A DNA stretch of 64,000 nt from a virus (lineage: Duplodnaviria; Caudoviricetes). Made by a program: the position numbers and the translations under genes. Shown piece by piece: positions 39,397-49,379 of this stretch (within the stretch, counting starts at the first letter, position 1; each line of letters starts with the position of its first letter). The notes below the pieces were generated by a model, which was given only the letters and a program-made list of their open reading frames with translations, had not been told where the DNA came from and did not search any database. The stretch spans positions 16,890-80,889 of IMG/VR virus record IMGVR_UViG_3300020042_013351; one strand, 5' to 3'.

Positions 39397-40253
39397 TCAT
39401 ACAAATAACGCGCACTAAAAACGAATGTTTTTTACTCAAAGAGATGTTGCCCCTGTGGGCAAGGTATGCAGACGCTTTTATATTTTATAATGACGGTTCT
39501 ACAGATGATACACAAGAGTTTCTAACACAAGTCAAAGATCAGTACAATATACTAGAAATATTGAACGGAGAGGCGCAGGAGGACTATATTAAAAAACTCA
39601 AGATAGAAACATCTGAAAGGCAGCCTCTATATGATGCAGCGTTTAAATACAGTAATAAAATTATTTGTTGTGATTCAGATGAATATTTAGATGGCACTAT
39701 TACAAAGCAAGAGCTGGAGAGTATACTTGATAAAAACCAAGATACAACATTTTATTTACAGTGGGTACAATATACAGATACAAATTCGGTGCGTGTAGAT
39801 GGACCGTGGGTCAACAATTTCAAAGTGCGCATCGGATGTTATACAACTCGTGGTGATTTTGGTGTAGCACAAATGCATTCCTTGCATTTACCAACTGCTG
39901 CTAAACAAGCAGCTATAGACAAAGACAAATTGTTTATTGCACACCTGCAATGGCTTGATAAGCGATGGGTGGGTGTTAAGCAATATTTTTGGAAAATTAA
40001 TGACTATGTAAATAAAACTATACATGATGCACAAGTTATTGAAGCATCTGCATATGATGCTTCAGTTAATAATTTTAATTGGAAATATGCACATTTTGAT
40101 GTTAATCTTAAAGTTAATCCTAAAATTTACAGCAATCAATCTATAAAAGAAAATTATAAACTTGAATACATTAAAAAGTATACCCAACAACTCAATATTC
40201 CTAATTTAGGTGATTGGGGAATGGGCATTTATGATTATGCAATAAAATGTTGA
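39393..40253 (+). CDS. glycosyltransferase family 2-like
   Basis: RTKNE, NDGSTDDT, CDSDEY. Confidence 0.82.
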   Translation: MIIQITRTKNECFLLKEMLPLWARYADAFIFYNDGSTDDTQEFLTQVKDQYNILEILNGEAQEDYIKKLKIETSERQPLYDAAFKYSNKIICCDSDEYLDGTITKQELESILDKNQDTTFYLQWVQYTDTNSVRVDGPWVNNFKVRIGCYTTRGDFGVAQMHSLHLPTAAKQAAIDKDKLFIAHLQWLDKRWVGVKQYFWKINDYVNKTIHDAQVIEASAYDASVNNFNWKYAHFDVNLKVNPKIYSNQSIKENYKLEYIKKYTQQLNIPNLGDWGMGIYDYAIKC

Positions 40254-40282
40254 TTTTACAAAAATATAATATATAATACTAG

Positions 40283-41581
40283 ATGGAAAATATATTGAAT
40301 CAGGTAGAGCAATTTATCAATAACAAGCAAAAAACATGGGAGCCTGGTAGAGATTGGGTGCAGTATGCGGGTCCATTCTTTACACATGAAGAGTATATTG
40401 CTGCAGTCAAAAGCTTGCTTGATGGTTGGCTTGTACTAGGTAAGTGTGGATTAGAATTTGAGAGTAAATTCCCTAAATTATTGAATAGACAATTTGGAAT
40501 ACTAACTAACAGTGGCAGTAGCTCTAATTTAATTATGATGTCTGCATTAACATCTAAACGATTATATAATTTACCAAAAGGTACAAAAGTAATAACACCC
40601 ATTGCAGGATTTCCTACAACTGTTAATCCCATTTTTCAAGTTGGCTTTGAACCGGTTTTTGTTGACATTGACATTGATACATTAAATTTAAATCTCGAGC
40701 AGGTAGAAGAAGCTGCTAAAAACGGCGCTAAAGTTATTACCTTTGCACATGTATTAGGAAATCCACCTAATATGTATTTGCTAATGAATATAATTAGAGA
40801 TTATGATCTCATTTTGCTTGAAGATTGCTGTGATGCACTTGGGTCTACATATAATGGTGAACCCCTAGGTAATTTTGGAGAACTCTCAAGCTTTTCATTT
40901 TATCCTGCACATCACATTACCATGGGTGAAGGTGGTTTTGTATCTTGCAAGACGCATCAACAAGAAGTAGTCGCAAGAAGCTTTAGAGAGTGGGGCAGGG
41001 GATGTTATTGTACAGGATTAAAAGCTAATCTCCTCAAAAATGGTTCATGTGGCAATAGATTTTCAAATTGGCTGCCTTCATTGCCAGATGAAATTTTTGA
41101 TCACAAATATGTGTATGATGAAATTGGCTACAACCTCAAACCCATTGAAGTACAAGCAGCTATAGGTTTAGAGCAGATCAAAAAATTACCAGACATTACT
41201 GCTAGACGCAAACATAATCATAAACGACTGTGTGAAATATTCTCTAAATATGAAGAGTATTTTATCATACCAAAAGCTACAGAAAAAAGTGATCCAAGTT
41301 GGTTTGCCTTTGCATCGACTATCAAGGATGGCGCACCGTTCAAGCGAGTTGATATTGTTAATTGCCTGGAGAGCAGTAAGATACAGACCAGACCATATTT
41401 TGCAGGCAACATCATGCTGCAACCTGCTTATGAAGGACTAATGCCTCCTAAAGATGTCATTAGCAAATTTCCTAATGCAAGAAAGGTGACTACAGATACT
41501 TTCTTTTTGGGTACAAGCCCAGTGATTACAGATATTCAAATAGACTACATACAAAGTGTAGTTGACAATTTTTTTAACTAG
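40283..41581 (+). CDS. rfbH: PLP-dependent NDP-4-keto-6-deoxyglucose 3-dehydrase (RfbH/DdhC; DegT family)
   Basis: SFYPAHHITMGEGG (His in place of the aminotransferase Lys), EDCCDALG, WGRGCYC FeS motif, FDHKY. Confidence 0.88.
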   Translation: MENILNQVEQFINNKQKTWEPGRDWVQYAGPFFTHEEYIAAVKSLLDGWLVLGKCGLEFESKFPKLLNRQFGILTNSGSSSNLIMMSALTSKRLYNLPKGTKVITPIAGFPTTVNPIFQVGFEPVFVDIDIDTLNLNLEQVEEAAKNGAKVITFAHVLGNPPNMYLLMNIIRDYDLILLEDCCDALGSTYNGEPLGNFGELSSFSFYPAHHITMGEGGFVSCKTHQQEVVARSFREWGRGCYCTGLKANLLKNGSCGNRFSNWLPSLPDEIFDHKYVYDEIGYNLKPIEVQAAIGLEQIKKLPDITARRKHNHKRLCEIFSKYEEYFIIPKATEKSDPSWFAFASTIKDGAPFKRVDIVNCLESSKIQTRPYFAGNIMLQPAYEGLMPPKDVISKFPNARKVTTDTFFLGTSPVITDIQIDYIQSVVDNFFN

Positions 41582-41594
41582 CATAAATTATATC

Positions 41595-42218
41595 ATGCTA
41601 GATCAACTTGCTCAAAAATACGGAACAGATAAATCTTCTTTAGGGCATAATTACATACCACACTATGAGCAGGTATTATCTCCTCTGAAAGAACAATCAA
41701 TTAATCTTTTAGAAATAGGTGTAAGACAAGGATGGTCACATCAAATGTGGTCAGATTATTTTGCTAATGGATCTATTTATGGGATTGATAATTGCCTCGA
41801 GTCTGAATTTAATGCAGACCATGCTCACTTGCTGCAAAGAGGTATCAAAATATTTTATGGAAATCAAGAAGATGATGACTTTCTACAAAAACAAGTAAAG
41901 ACAATATCATACGATATTATCATTGATGATGGAGGACATAAAATGAGAGAACAGCAGCTCTCTTTGCTTCATTTGATAGGATCTGTAAAATCAGGTGGAC
42001 TTTATTTTATTGAAGATCTTCATACATGTAGTATACATCATTGCTATGAAGGAGGTCAGTATCCGCAAGATTCAACAATTATACTATTGAATAATTTAAA
42101 AACCTGTACTGCAGTACCAACAAGTTTTCTGTCTCAAGCTAATTTAGAGTATATACAATCTAAAATTCTTAATGTCAATTTTTTGAAAGATAATTTAGCT
42201 TTAATTGTAGTAAAATAG
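41595..42218 (+). CDS. class I SAM-dependent methyltransferase
   Basis: KYGTDK, LLEIGV, IIDDGGH, YFIEDL. Confidence 0.85.
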   Translation: MLDQLAQKYGTDKSSLGHNYIPHYEQVLSPLKEQSINLLEIGVRQGWSHQMWSDYFANGSIYGIDNCLESEFNADHAHLLQRGIKIFYGNQEDDDFLQKQVKTISYDIIIDDGGHKMREQQLSLLHLIGSVKSGGLYFIEDLHTCSIHHCYEGGQYPQDSTIILLNNLKTCTAVPTSFLSQANLEYIQSKILNVNFLKDNLALIVVK

Positions 42219-42276
42219 TATGTTTGTTATACACTGTAAAAAAATTTTATGGTCATTATATTGATCTCAAACGACT

Positions 42277-42918
42277 ATGAATAACTGCTTTCTTCATATA
42301 TGTACCATTGGAAATTCATATCAAAAAATTGTAGATGAGATTTTCTACAATTTAGAAACAAGTAATATAACCAAGGATCTTGCAGCTATTTATGTCAATG
42401 TTGCAGGTGATGGTGAACTAATATTGCCACGTTGGAATAAAATAATACTAAATAAAAACCGATCCAAATTGGAAGATTTTGAATTCTCTACCTTGACACA
42501 GTTGAAAACTTTTGCTGTCAATAGTATCGGAAATATATTGTACATTCACACAAAAGGTGTATCTACACCTGATAATGTTTGTATAGATGAATGGAGAAAA
42601 TACATGTTGTATTTTAACGTTATACAATACAACAAAGCATTAGAATTATTAGATACATGTGATGCAGTAGGGGTAGATCTTGTAGATTCCCCAGTGATGC
42701 ATTTTTCTGGTAACATATGGTGGTCCAAATCAACACACATAAGCAGTCTACCCAGCTTTGAGGAGATGCCCATTGTTTTGAGTGAACGACACAAAGCAGA
42801 ATTTTGGATATGCAGCAAACCAACTGGTGCATATAAATCATTACACAATAGCAACATCAATGTGTATGCAAGACATTTAACAAGATACCCAACAAACATG
42901 TATGAAATTAACAATTAA
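42277..42918 (+). CDS. glycosyltransferase-like protein
   Basis: LYIHTKG, HFSGNIWWS, AEFWI pattern seen in glycan loci. Confidence 0.6.
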   Translation: MNNCFLHICTIGNSYQKIVDEIFYNLETSNITKDLAAIYVNVAGDGELILPRWNKIILNKNRSKLEDFEFSTLTQLKTFAVNSIGNILYIHTKGVSTPDNVCIDEWRKYMLYFNVIQYNKALELLDTCDAVGVDLVDSPVMHFSGNIWWSKSTHISSLPSFEEMPIVLSERHKAEFWICSKPTGAYKSLHNSNINVYARHLTRYPTNMYEINN

Positions 42919-43843
42919 CTACTTACCGCACAGTCGTCCTCATTATGCTCTTTGCTTTGTAAAGGAAATTTTGAGAATTAAAAAACCTCTCCTGCAAAAT
43001 ATAGAGATCAATTTCCTAACATCAGGAGACAATGCAATCTGGAAAGAGTGCAACTTAAAACTTAAAGAACAGAACGTAGAACACAATTTTTTTGTAGTTC
43101 CACATGGAGACTACATGGAGAAATTAAACATAGGCTTGCAGCATACTGATAATTACTTTTTTAAGCTGGATGAAGACATCTTTATTCCGCATTTAGTGTG
43201 GGAATTTATTCTGCAAAATTTATCCATCCTGGATGATTCTAAAAATGCTTTTTTAGCTCCAATGCTATCTACAGGCATACCAACTGTTGATTTGTTTATA
43301 GATAGCTTTTGTGATGAAAATGAAAAAAGCAAATTGTATAAAATTTTCTCCGAAACAAGCTTACCTAGCATATGGGGAGCAGATTATTCTGAATTGGAAA
43401 ATCACACCATCAAATCAAATGGTTGGCAATCAGAAAATTTTTACAACAGTGTCAGTAAAATAAATCATTATTACAAAGGTGTACATCCGGTACGGTTTTC
43501 TGCAGCAGCTCAAACACTATTGCTGGATATTTGTTTGAATAAATTTGACAAGCTTTGCGATCCAGATAACATGTCTTGTATAATAAACAACAAGCCATAT
43601 TTCTGCAACAGTGCGTTTGTAACAACAAAATCATTCTACAGTGACGTCATCAACAGCAAAGAATTGTTTAGAGATCCGTTTGATGAAGTGCCTTTGAACC
43701 TCTACATTGAACAAAATAATTTAAATAAAGTCTTTATAAAAAATGGATTTGCAGTTCACCCTTCTTATAATACTTTGAACGTATTTGGAGTTGATCATAC
43801 ATCAATTTCTGATCAATTTTTTAATCATGTATACTTCCAATAA
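42902..43843 (+). CDS. glycosyltransferase-like protein, GT-A
   Basis: FKLDEDIF DxD motif; island context. Confidence 0.65.
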   Translation: MKLTINYLPHSRPHYALCFVKEILRIKKPLLQNIEINFLTSGDNAIWKECNLKLKEQNVEHNFFVVPHGDYMEKLNIGLQHTDNYFFKLDEDIFIPHLVWEFILQNLSILDDSKNAFLAPMLSTGIPTVDLFIDSFCDENEKSKLYKIFSETSLPSIWGADYSELENHTIKSNGWQSENFYNSVSKINHYYKGVHPVRFSAAAQTLLLDICLNKFDKLCDPDNMSCIINNKPYFCNSAFVTTKSFYSDVINSKELFRDPFDEVPLNLYIEQNNLNKVFIKNGFAVHPSYNTLNVFGVDHTSISDQFFNHVYFQ

Positions 43844-44558
43844 ACAATGGACATTTGGTATTGTTACCAGACATGTCGAAATATTAAATAATTGCATTGC
43901 ATCCAATGCAGGTTGCTTTTTGAATGAAATCATTGAGAGCATAAAATTGCTAAATATTCCACAAGATTCATATGAAATTATTATCATAGGAGATAATAAT
44001 ACAAAAGCTGATCTAACAATTGAAGATAATTTGCGCATAATATTCTTTGATGAATCTGTAAAGGAAGGGTGGATAACAAAAAAGAAAAATATCCTTGTAG
44101 AGCAGTCCAAGTTTGAAAATATTGTATTGTTGCACGATTATGTCAAATTCAATGAAGACTGGTATCAAGGCTTTGAAACGTTTGATTTTGACTGGGATGT
44201 CTGCATGGTAAAAATCTTGAATAAAGATAATATAAGATGGAGAGATTGGCTCATGTGGCCACATTGCCCTTCTTATGAACATGGATATATGATAGAACAC
44301 AATGATGTTGTGTTGGCACCAAATAGACTGTCTTATCTAGACACCAGATATACTAATAACGGAATGTACATAAGTGGAACAGTAATAATTGGAAAGCGAG
44401 AATTTCTAATTAATAATAAATTAAATGAGGAGTTGTGTTGGGGTCAAGGAGAAGATTGTGAATGGTCTTCACGTTGCAGATCTTTTTGGATTTATAAAAT
44501 GAATTGCAATTCAACAATTCATTTATTGAAAATGGGACAACATTCAAGTTTATTTTGA
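43827..44558 (+). CDS. glycosyltransferase family 2-like
   Basis: ITKKKN, LLHDY, WGQGEDCEWS. Confidence 0.78.
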   Translation: MYTSNKQWTFGIVTRHVEILNNCIASNAGCFLNEIIESIKLLNIPQDSYEIIIIGDNNTKADLTIEDNLRIIFFDESVKEGWITKKKNILVEQSKFENIVLLHDYVKFNEDWYQGFETFDFDWDVCMVKILNKDNIRWRDWLMWPHCPSYEHGYMIEHNDVVLAPNRLSYLDTRYTNNGMYISGTVIIGKREFLINNKLNEELCWGQGEDCEWSSRCRSFWIYKMNCNSTIHLLKMGQHSSLF

Positions 44559-44559
44559 T

Positions 44560-45915
44560 ATGCACAAATTAATAATTTTTGACTTGGATGGCGTTTTGAT
44601 TGAAGCCAAAGAACTGCATTTCAATACATTGAATCAAGCGCTTTTTGCAGTAGATTCAAAGTACGTTATTAGCCTAGAGGAACACTTGTTGCACTATGAT
44701 GGATTAAAAACTTATCAGAAGTTGGATCTATTAACAAATAACAAAGGACTGCCTAAAGATTCACATAAAGATATTTGGAATTCAAAACAGAAACTCACAC
44801 AAGCTTCTTTAAACAATATTAGCAAATCTGACAAGTTGATAAACATATTTCAACACCTAGCAGATTGTGGATACAAAATAGCGTGCTGCTCCAATTCTAT
44901 CAGAAAGACAGTTTTGTTGGTGTTGTCTAAATTAGAAATAATAAACTTTTTTGATTTAATTTTATCCAACGAAGATGTAAAACACAGCAAACCATATCCC
45001 GAGATTTACTGGAAAGCTATGTCTGAATTTGGTGCCTTGCCAGAAGAAACCTTAATAGTTGAAGACTCACCAGTAGGCTTAATGGGAGCAGAGCGGGCTG
45101 GTGGACATATTTTAAGAATAGATTCTCCATCTGATTTAACACTTGATCGTTTGATTAACAAAATAAATACGCATAAAAATATGAAAACATTAAAATGGAA
45201 GGGTGAAACGTTGAACGTATTGATACCCATGGCAGGTGCAGGAAGCAGGTTTGAGTCTGCTGGTTATACTTTTCCAAAGCCTCTTATTGATGTCAATGGA
45301 AAGCCGATGATTCAAACTGTTGTAGAAAATTTAAACGTAGAAGCAAATTTTATATTTGTAGTAAGAAAAGAGCATCGCATAAAATATAATCTAGATATTT
45401 TGCTCAATTTAATTACACCAAATTGTAAAATTGTGGAAGTAAGTGACCTAACTGAAGGAGCAGCGTGTACGACTCTCTTAGCTAAAGATTTTATTGACAA
45501 TGATCAACCATTGCTCATGGCTAATTCAGACCAATATGTTGATTGGTCTAGTACTGACTTCATATACAAAATGATTGATCGAAAGTTGGATGCTGGCATT
45601 TTAACATTTAAATCAACACATCCCAAATGGTCCTTTGTCAAATTAAATGAACAAAATTATGTTACAGAAGTAGCAGAAAAGAAACCTATTTCAGACATTG
45701 CAACCGTTGGCATTTATTACTGGGCAAAAGGTTCCGATTATGTAAAGTATGCAGAACAAATGATTGAAAAAGATATCAGAGTAAACAATGAATTTTATGT
45801 TTGCCCTGTATTTAACGAAGCCATATTAGACAACAAAAAAATAGGTACGTTTGATATCAAAAGCATGTGGGGGCTTGGTACTCCAGAAGACCTCAATGTA
45901 TTTTTAAATAAATGA
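44560..45915 (+). CDS. HAD phosphatase / sugar-phosphate nucleotidyltransferase fusion
   Basis: N-terminal FDLDGVL, KPYPE, VEDS; C-terminal PMAGAGSRF, PKPLI, ANSDQ, GLGTPEDL. Confidence 0.88.
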   Translation: MHKLIIFDLDGVLIEAKELHFNTLNQALFAVDSKYVISLEEHLLHYDGLKTYQKLDLLTNNKGLPKDSHKDIWNSKQKLTQASLNNISKSDKLINIFQHLADCGYKIACCSNSIRKTVLLVLSKLEIINFFDLILSNEDVKHSKPYPEIYWKAMSEFGALPEETLIVEDSPVGLMGAERAGGHILRIDSPSDLTLDRLINKINTHKNMKTLKWKGETLNVLIPMAGAGSRFESAGYTFPKPLIDVNGKPMIQTVVENLNVEANFIFVVRKEHRIKYNLDILLNLITPNCKIVEVSDLTEGAACTTLLAKDFIDNDQPLLMANSDQYVDWSSTDFIYKMIDRKLDAGILTFKSTHPKWSFVKLNEQNYVTEVAEKKPISDIATVGIYYWAKGSDYVKYAEQMIEKDIRVNNEFYVCPVFNEAILDNKKIGTFDIKSMWGLGTPEDLNVFLNK

Positions 45916-46337
45916 TATTAATTTCCCATAGAGGCAACACTGAAGGATCAAATAGTTTACTTGAAAATAAACCAGAATATATCAACGAAGCACTAGCTTT
46001 TGGGTTTGATGTAGAAGTTGATGTCAGGTATACTGATGGTTCTCTGTACTTGGGCCATGATGAGTCACAATATTTGACAAATTTAGAGTTTTTAGATAAT
46101 CCTAGATTGTGGCTGCATGCAAAAAATGGTGAAAGTCTTCATTTTTTACTCAATCACACAAAATACTCAAATGTATTCTGGCATCAAACAGATGATTTTA
46201 CCTTGACAAATAAAGGATTTATTTGGACTTATCCTAATAAACCACTCTTTAAAAATAGTGTATGTGTTGCTTTAAAAAAAGACACTATTATGTATGATTG
46301 CTATGGCATTTGCAGCGATTATGTTAAATTATATTAG
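45912..46337 (+). CDS. PLC/GDPD-like phosphodiesterase
   Basis: ISHRGN, EN, VEVDV, LGHD, HAKN, GICSD. Confidence 0.75.
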   Translation: MILISHRGNTEGSNSLLENKPEYINEALAFGFDVEVDVRYTDGSLYLGHDESQYLTNLEFLDNPRLWLHAKNGESLHFLLNHTKYSNVFWHQTDDFTLTNKGFIWTYPNKPLFKNSVCVALKKDTIMYDCYGICSDYVKLY

Positions 46338-46346
46338 TAAGTTTTT

Positions 46347-47294
46347 ATGAAAAAAATAGTATACATTACAGGTTGTTTGGGGTTCATTGGCTCTTACGTG
46401 ACAAGAGCATGTCTACAAAAAGGCTGGTATATAAAAGGTGTGGATAAAATTACATATGCAGCCAATAAAAATTTGCTTAAAGAATTTACATCAAATTCCA
46501 ATTTTTCTTTTGTTCACACCGACATTAATGATCTTAAATTTTTATATGAATGTGACTATGTAATTAACACTGCTGCAGAGACACATGTTGGTAACTCTAT
46601 TGTTGATAGTAGAGATTTTGTCCATTCAAACATTAACGGTGTTCATAATATACTCGAGTTAATTAAAAATTATAGGCAAGAGACTAACAATAAACCTACT
46701 TTACTACATTTTAGTACAGACGAAGTATATGGCGATATTGCGGATGGTGAGCATCTCGAGACCGACATTCTTAAACCGAGTAATCCATATTCTGCAACTA
46801 AAGCAGCAGCGGATATGCTCATTCACGCGTGGAATAGAACTCACAATATTCCATATATTATTCTCCGACCCACAAATAATTATGGAATCGGTCAATATGT
46901 AGAAAAATTGATTCCAAAAGCGTGTAAATATCTAAATCTTGGCAAAAAAATGCCACTACATAACAATGGTGCACCTATTCGCAATTGGCTACATGCAAAA
47001 GATACTGCTGCAGCTGTAGTGAAAATTATTGATAGCGGCGTTCGAAACGAAGTTTACAATATTTGTGGTGGCTTTGAACAGTCAAATTATGAAACTTTCA
47101 AACAGGTAGTAAACTTGTTTGAATTCAACAATGTTGATGAACACATTGACTTTACATACAACAGGACAGGTCAGGATGTTAGATATGCTCTCAATGATAA
47201 TAAATTAAGAAAAATAGGGTGGCATCCGAATTGTGTATTCGCTCAAGAATTGCCAGCTATCATAAAATACTATCAACAAAATTTTATTTGGTAG
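46347..47294 (+). CDS. rfbB: NDP-glucose 4,6-dehydratase (RfbB-like)
   Basis: TGCLGFIG, DKITYA, AAETHV, STDEVYG, YSATK, NNYG, RNWLHAKD. Confidence 0.88.
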   Translation: MKKIVYITGCLGFIGSYVTRACLQKGWYIKGVDKITYAANKNLLKEFTSNSNFSFVHTDINDLKFLYECDYVINTAAETHVGNSIVDSRDFVHSNINGVHNILELIKNYRQETNNKPTLLHFSTDEVYGDIADGEHLETDILKPSNPYSATKAAADMLIHAWNRTHNIPYIILRPTNNYGIGQYVEKLIPKACKYLNLGKKMPLHNNGAPIRNWLHAKDTAAAVVKIIDSGVRNEVYNICGGFEQSNYETFKQVVNLFEFNNVDEHIDFTYNRTGQDVRYALNDNKLRKIGWHPNCVFAQELPAIIKYYQQNFIW

Positions 47295-47313
47295 CAATAT
47301 AAAAAATAACAAT

Positions 47314-47454
47314 ATGAAAATGCAAAATAATGAAGAAAAACTCATTGTGTTCGACGATATGGACTTGCAAGATGTTCAAATAGCAGTAAATCATTTTAGT
47401 AAATTGTTTGAAGCTAGAATTAAAAAGTGGTTTCACCTGGAATATACATTATAG
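47314..47454 (+). CDS. possible small ORF (46 aa)
   Basis: My translation MKMQNNEEKLIVFDDMD...; fills the gap in the island. Confidence 0.3.
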   Translation: MKMQNNEEKLIVFDDMDLQDVQIAVNHFSKLFEARIKKWFHLEYTL

Positions 47455-47460
47455 TTTAAT

Positions 47461-48075
47461 ATGCTTAAATCTTTGATACTTGATATTGCATATAGATTTG
47501 AATTGGGGCACTTAGGAAGCTACTTTTCGAGTGTTGATATAATTGATAGTATTTACTCAAAGATGAGTAATGAAGATATCTTCATCCTTTCATGCGGTCA
47601 TGCAGCTTTAGCGTTATATGCATGCAATCAAAAATATTATAACATTGATGCTGAAGAAATGTTTATAAAACATGGTGGACATCCACACAGAGATGAGGAA
47701 AATAAGATTTATTGCTCTACAGGTAGTCTGGGTCTCGGTATTACTATTGCAGTTGGTAGAGCTATTGCTAACAAAAATAGGACAGTATATACTCTAATTA
47801 GTGACGGTGAGTGCGCGGAAGGTAGTGTGTGGGAAGCACTTAAAACAATTAAAGAACAAAACATTGATAACATTGAAGTTCATGTTAATGTAAACGGATA
47901 TGCAGCGTATATGGATGTAGATAGAGAATATCTTGTGCAACGGCTAACATCCTTTTTACCTGAAATTAAAATACACTACACGTCTGTTGAAACATTTCCG
48001 TTTCTAAAGGGTTTGAATGCACACTACCATATTATGAGTCAAGAAAATTACAATCAAGCTAAGCAGTTATTATGA
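47461..48075 (+). CDS. transketolase-like N-terminal (TPP-binding) subunit
   Basis: GHLGS, SCGHA, HPHR, STGSLGLG, SDGECAEGSVWEA...N. Confidence 0.88.
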   Translation: MLKSLILDIAYRFELGHLGSYFSSVDIIDSIYSKMSNEDIFILSCGHAALALYACNQKYYNIDAEEMFIKHGGHPHRDEENKIYCSTGSLGLGITIAVGRAIANKNRTVYTLISDGECAEGSVWEALKTIKEQNIDNIEVHVNVNGYAAYMDVDREYLVQRLTSFLPEIKIHYTSVETFPFLKGLNAHYHIMSQENYNQAKQLL

Positions 48076-48545
48076 GACGTGAATTTGCAAAAATGTTGTA
48101 TAATCAGATGTTGTTAGATCACAATATCTATCTCGTAACAGCAGACCTGGGATACGGATTATGGGACGAAATTAAAAACAGCATTCCCAACAGATTTTTA
48201 AATGTGGGATCTTCTGAAATGGCTGCAATGGGCATATGCATTGGACTTGCGATGGAAGGCAAAAAGCCATTCCTATACTCCATTACGCCGTTTGCTATTT
48301 TTAGACCATTTGAAATGATAAGAAACTATATAAACCATGAGTCAATTCCAGTAACTATTGTAGGCGGCGGTAGAGACAGAGACTATGGATATCTTGGATT
48401 TTCACACTGGGGTGAGGATGATACAATTTTAAAGTTTTTTGAGAATATAGGCTTTTATAAGCCAACTGATTTAAATCAGTTGCAAGAGGATTTTGAAAGT
48501 ATAATTAACTCTAAAAAACCTGCATACATAAATCTTAAAAAATGA
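48072..48545 (+). CDS. transketolase-like pyrimidine-binding subunit (short)
   Basis: VTADLG, NVGSSE, GLAMEG, SHWGEDD. Confidence 0.85.
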   Translation: MRREFAKMLYNQMLLDHNIYLVTADLGYGLWDEIKNSIPNRFLNVGSSEMAAMGICIGLAMEGKKPFLYSITPFAIFRPFEMIRNYINHESIPVTIVGGGRDRDYGYLGFSHWGEDDTILKFFENIGFYKPTDLNQLQEDFESIINSKKPAYINLKK

Positions 48546-49339
48546 AAATTCTTGTTACAGGAAGCAGAGGTTATATAGGAAGTGCTGTAAGCAAGTTGTT
48601 AAACAGTGGAAATGATGTTGTGTGCCACACACGTGAGATGTTTGACTTAAATGATACACAAGCAGTAAAAGATCATCTCACACAAAACCAATATGATGTT
48701 GTAATACACTCAGCAATTAAAGGTGGTAGCAGATTGAAGAAAGATGACACTAATGTATTGTATGAAAATTTAAAATGTTTTTATAATTTGTACGACTGCA
48801 AAGATTCATACAAAAGATTCATAACGTTTGGTTCAGGTGCAGAATTTACTGCCAAAAATACACAGTATGGTTTGAGCAAAAGATGCATAAATGACATTAT
48901 AAAATGGGATGATAAATTTATAAATTTAAGAATATTTGCTGTTTTTGATGAAAATGAACTGGATACTCGCTTTATTAAAAGCGCACTCTCAAACTATATC
49001 AATAAAAAAAGTATTGTAGTTCATCAAGACAAATATATGGACTTTTATGCAATGCAAGACTTAGTCAAGTTAGTTGAACATGTATGCAATGCAAGCAGCA
49101 TTCAAACAACCAACAGAGTCATTGATTGTTGTTACAACGAAAAATTCAAATTAACTGATGTAGCTAACTTCATAAATTCACTTGGTAATTATAAATGTGA
49201 TATTGTTGTTCACAATGCAATTGCAGGAGAAGATTACATTGGCTTTGCAAATACAATGCCAGCTGTTGAGCAGATTGGCTTGCATAAGAGTATTGAATAT
49301 ACGTACAAAAAAATGTTGTACAGTGCAAATAACCAATAA
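48542..49339 (+). CDS. NAD-dependent epimerase/reductase (extended SDR)
   Basis: TGSRGYIG, GSGAE, YGLSK. Confidence 0.85.
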   Translation: MKILVTGSRGYIGSAVSKLLNSGNDVVCHTREMFDLNDTQAVKDHLTQNQYDVVIHSAIKGGSRLKKDDTNVLYENLKCFYNLYDCKDSYKRFITFGSGAEFTAKNTQYGLSKRCINDIIKWDDKFINLRIFAVFDENELDTRFIKSALSNYINKKSIVVHQDKYMDFYAMQDLVKLVEHVCNASSIQTTNRVIDCCYNEKFKLTDVANFINSLGNYKCDIVVHNAIAGEDYIGFANTMPAVEQIGLHKSIEYTYKKMLYSANNQ

Positions 49340-49379
49340 ATGTTGGTTGAAAAATCTCAAACATAGATCATAATAATGT

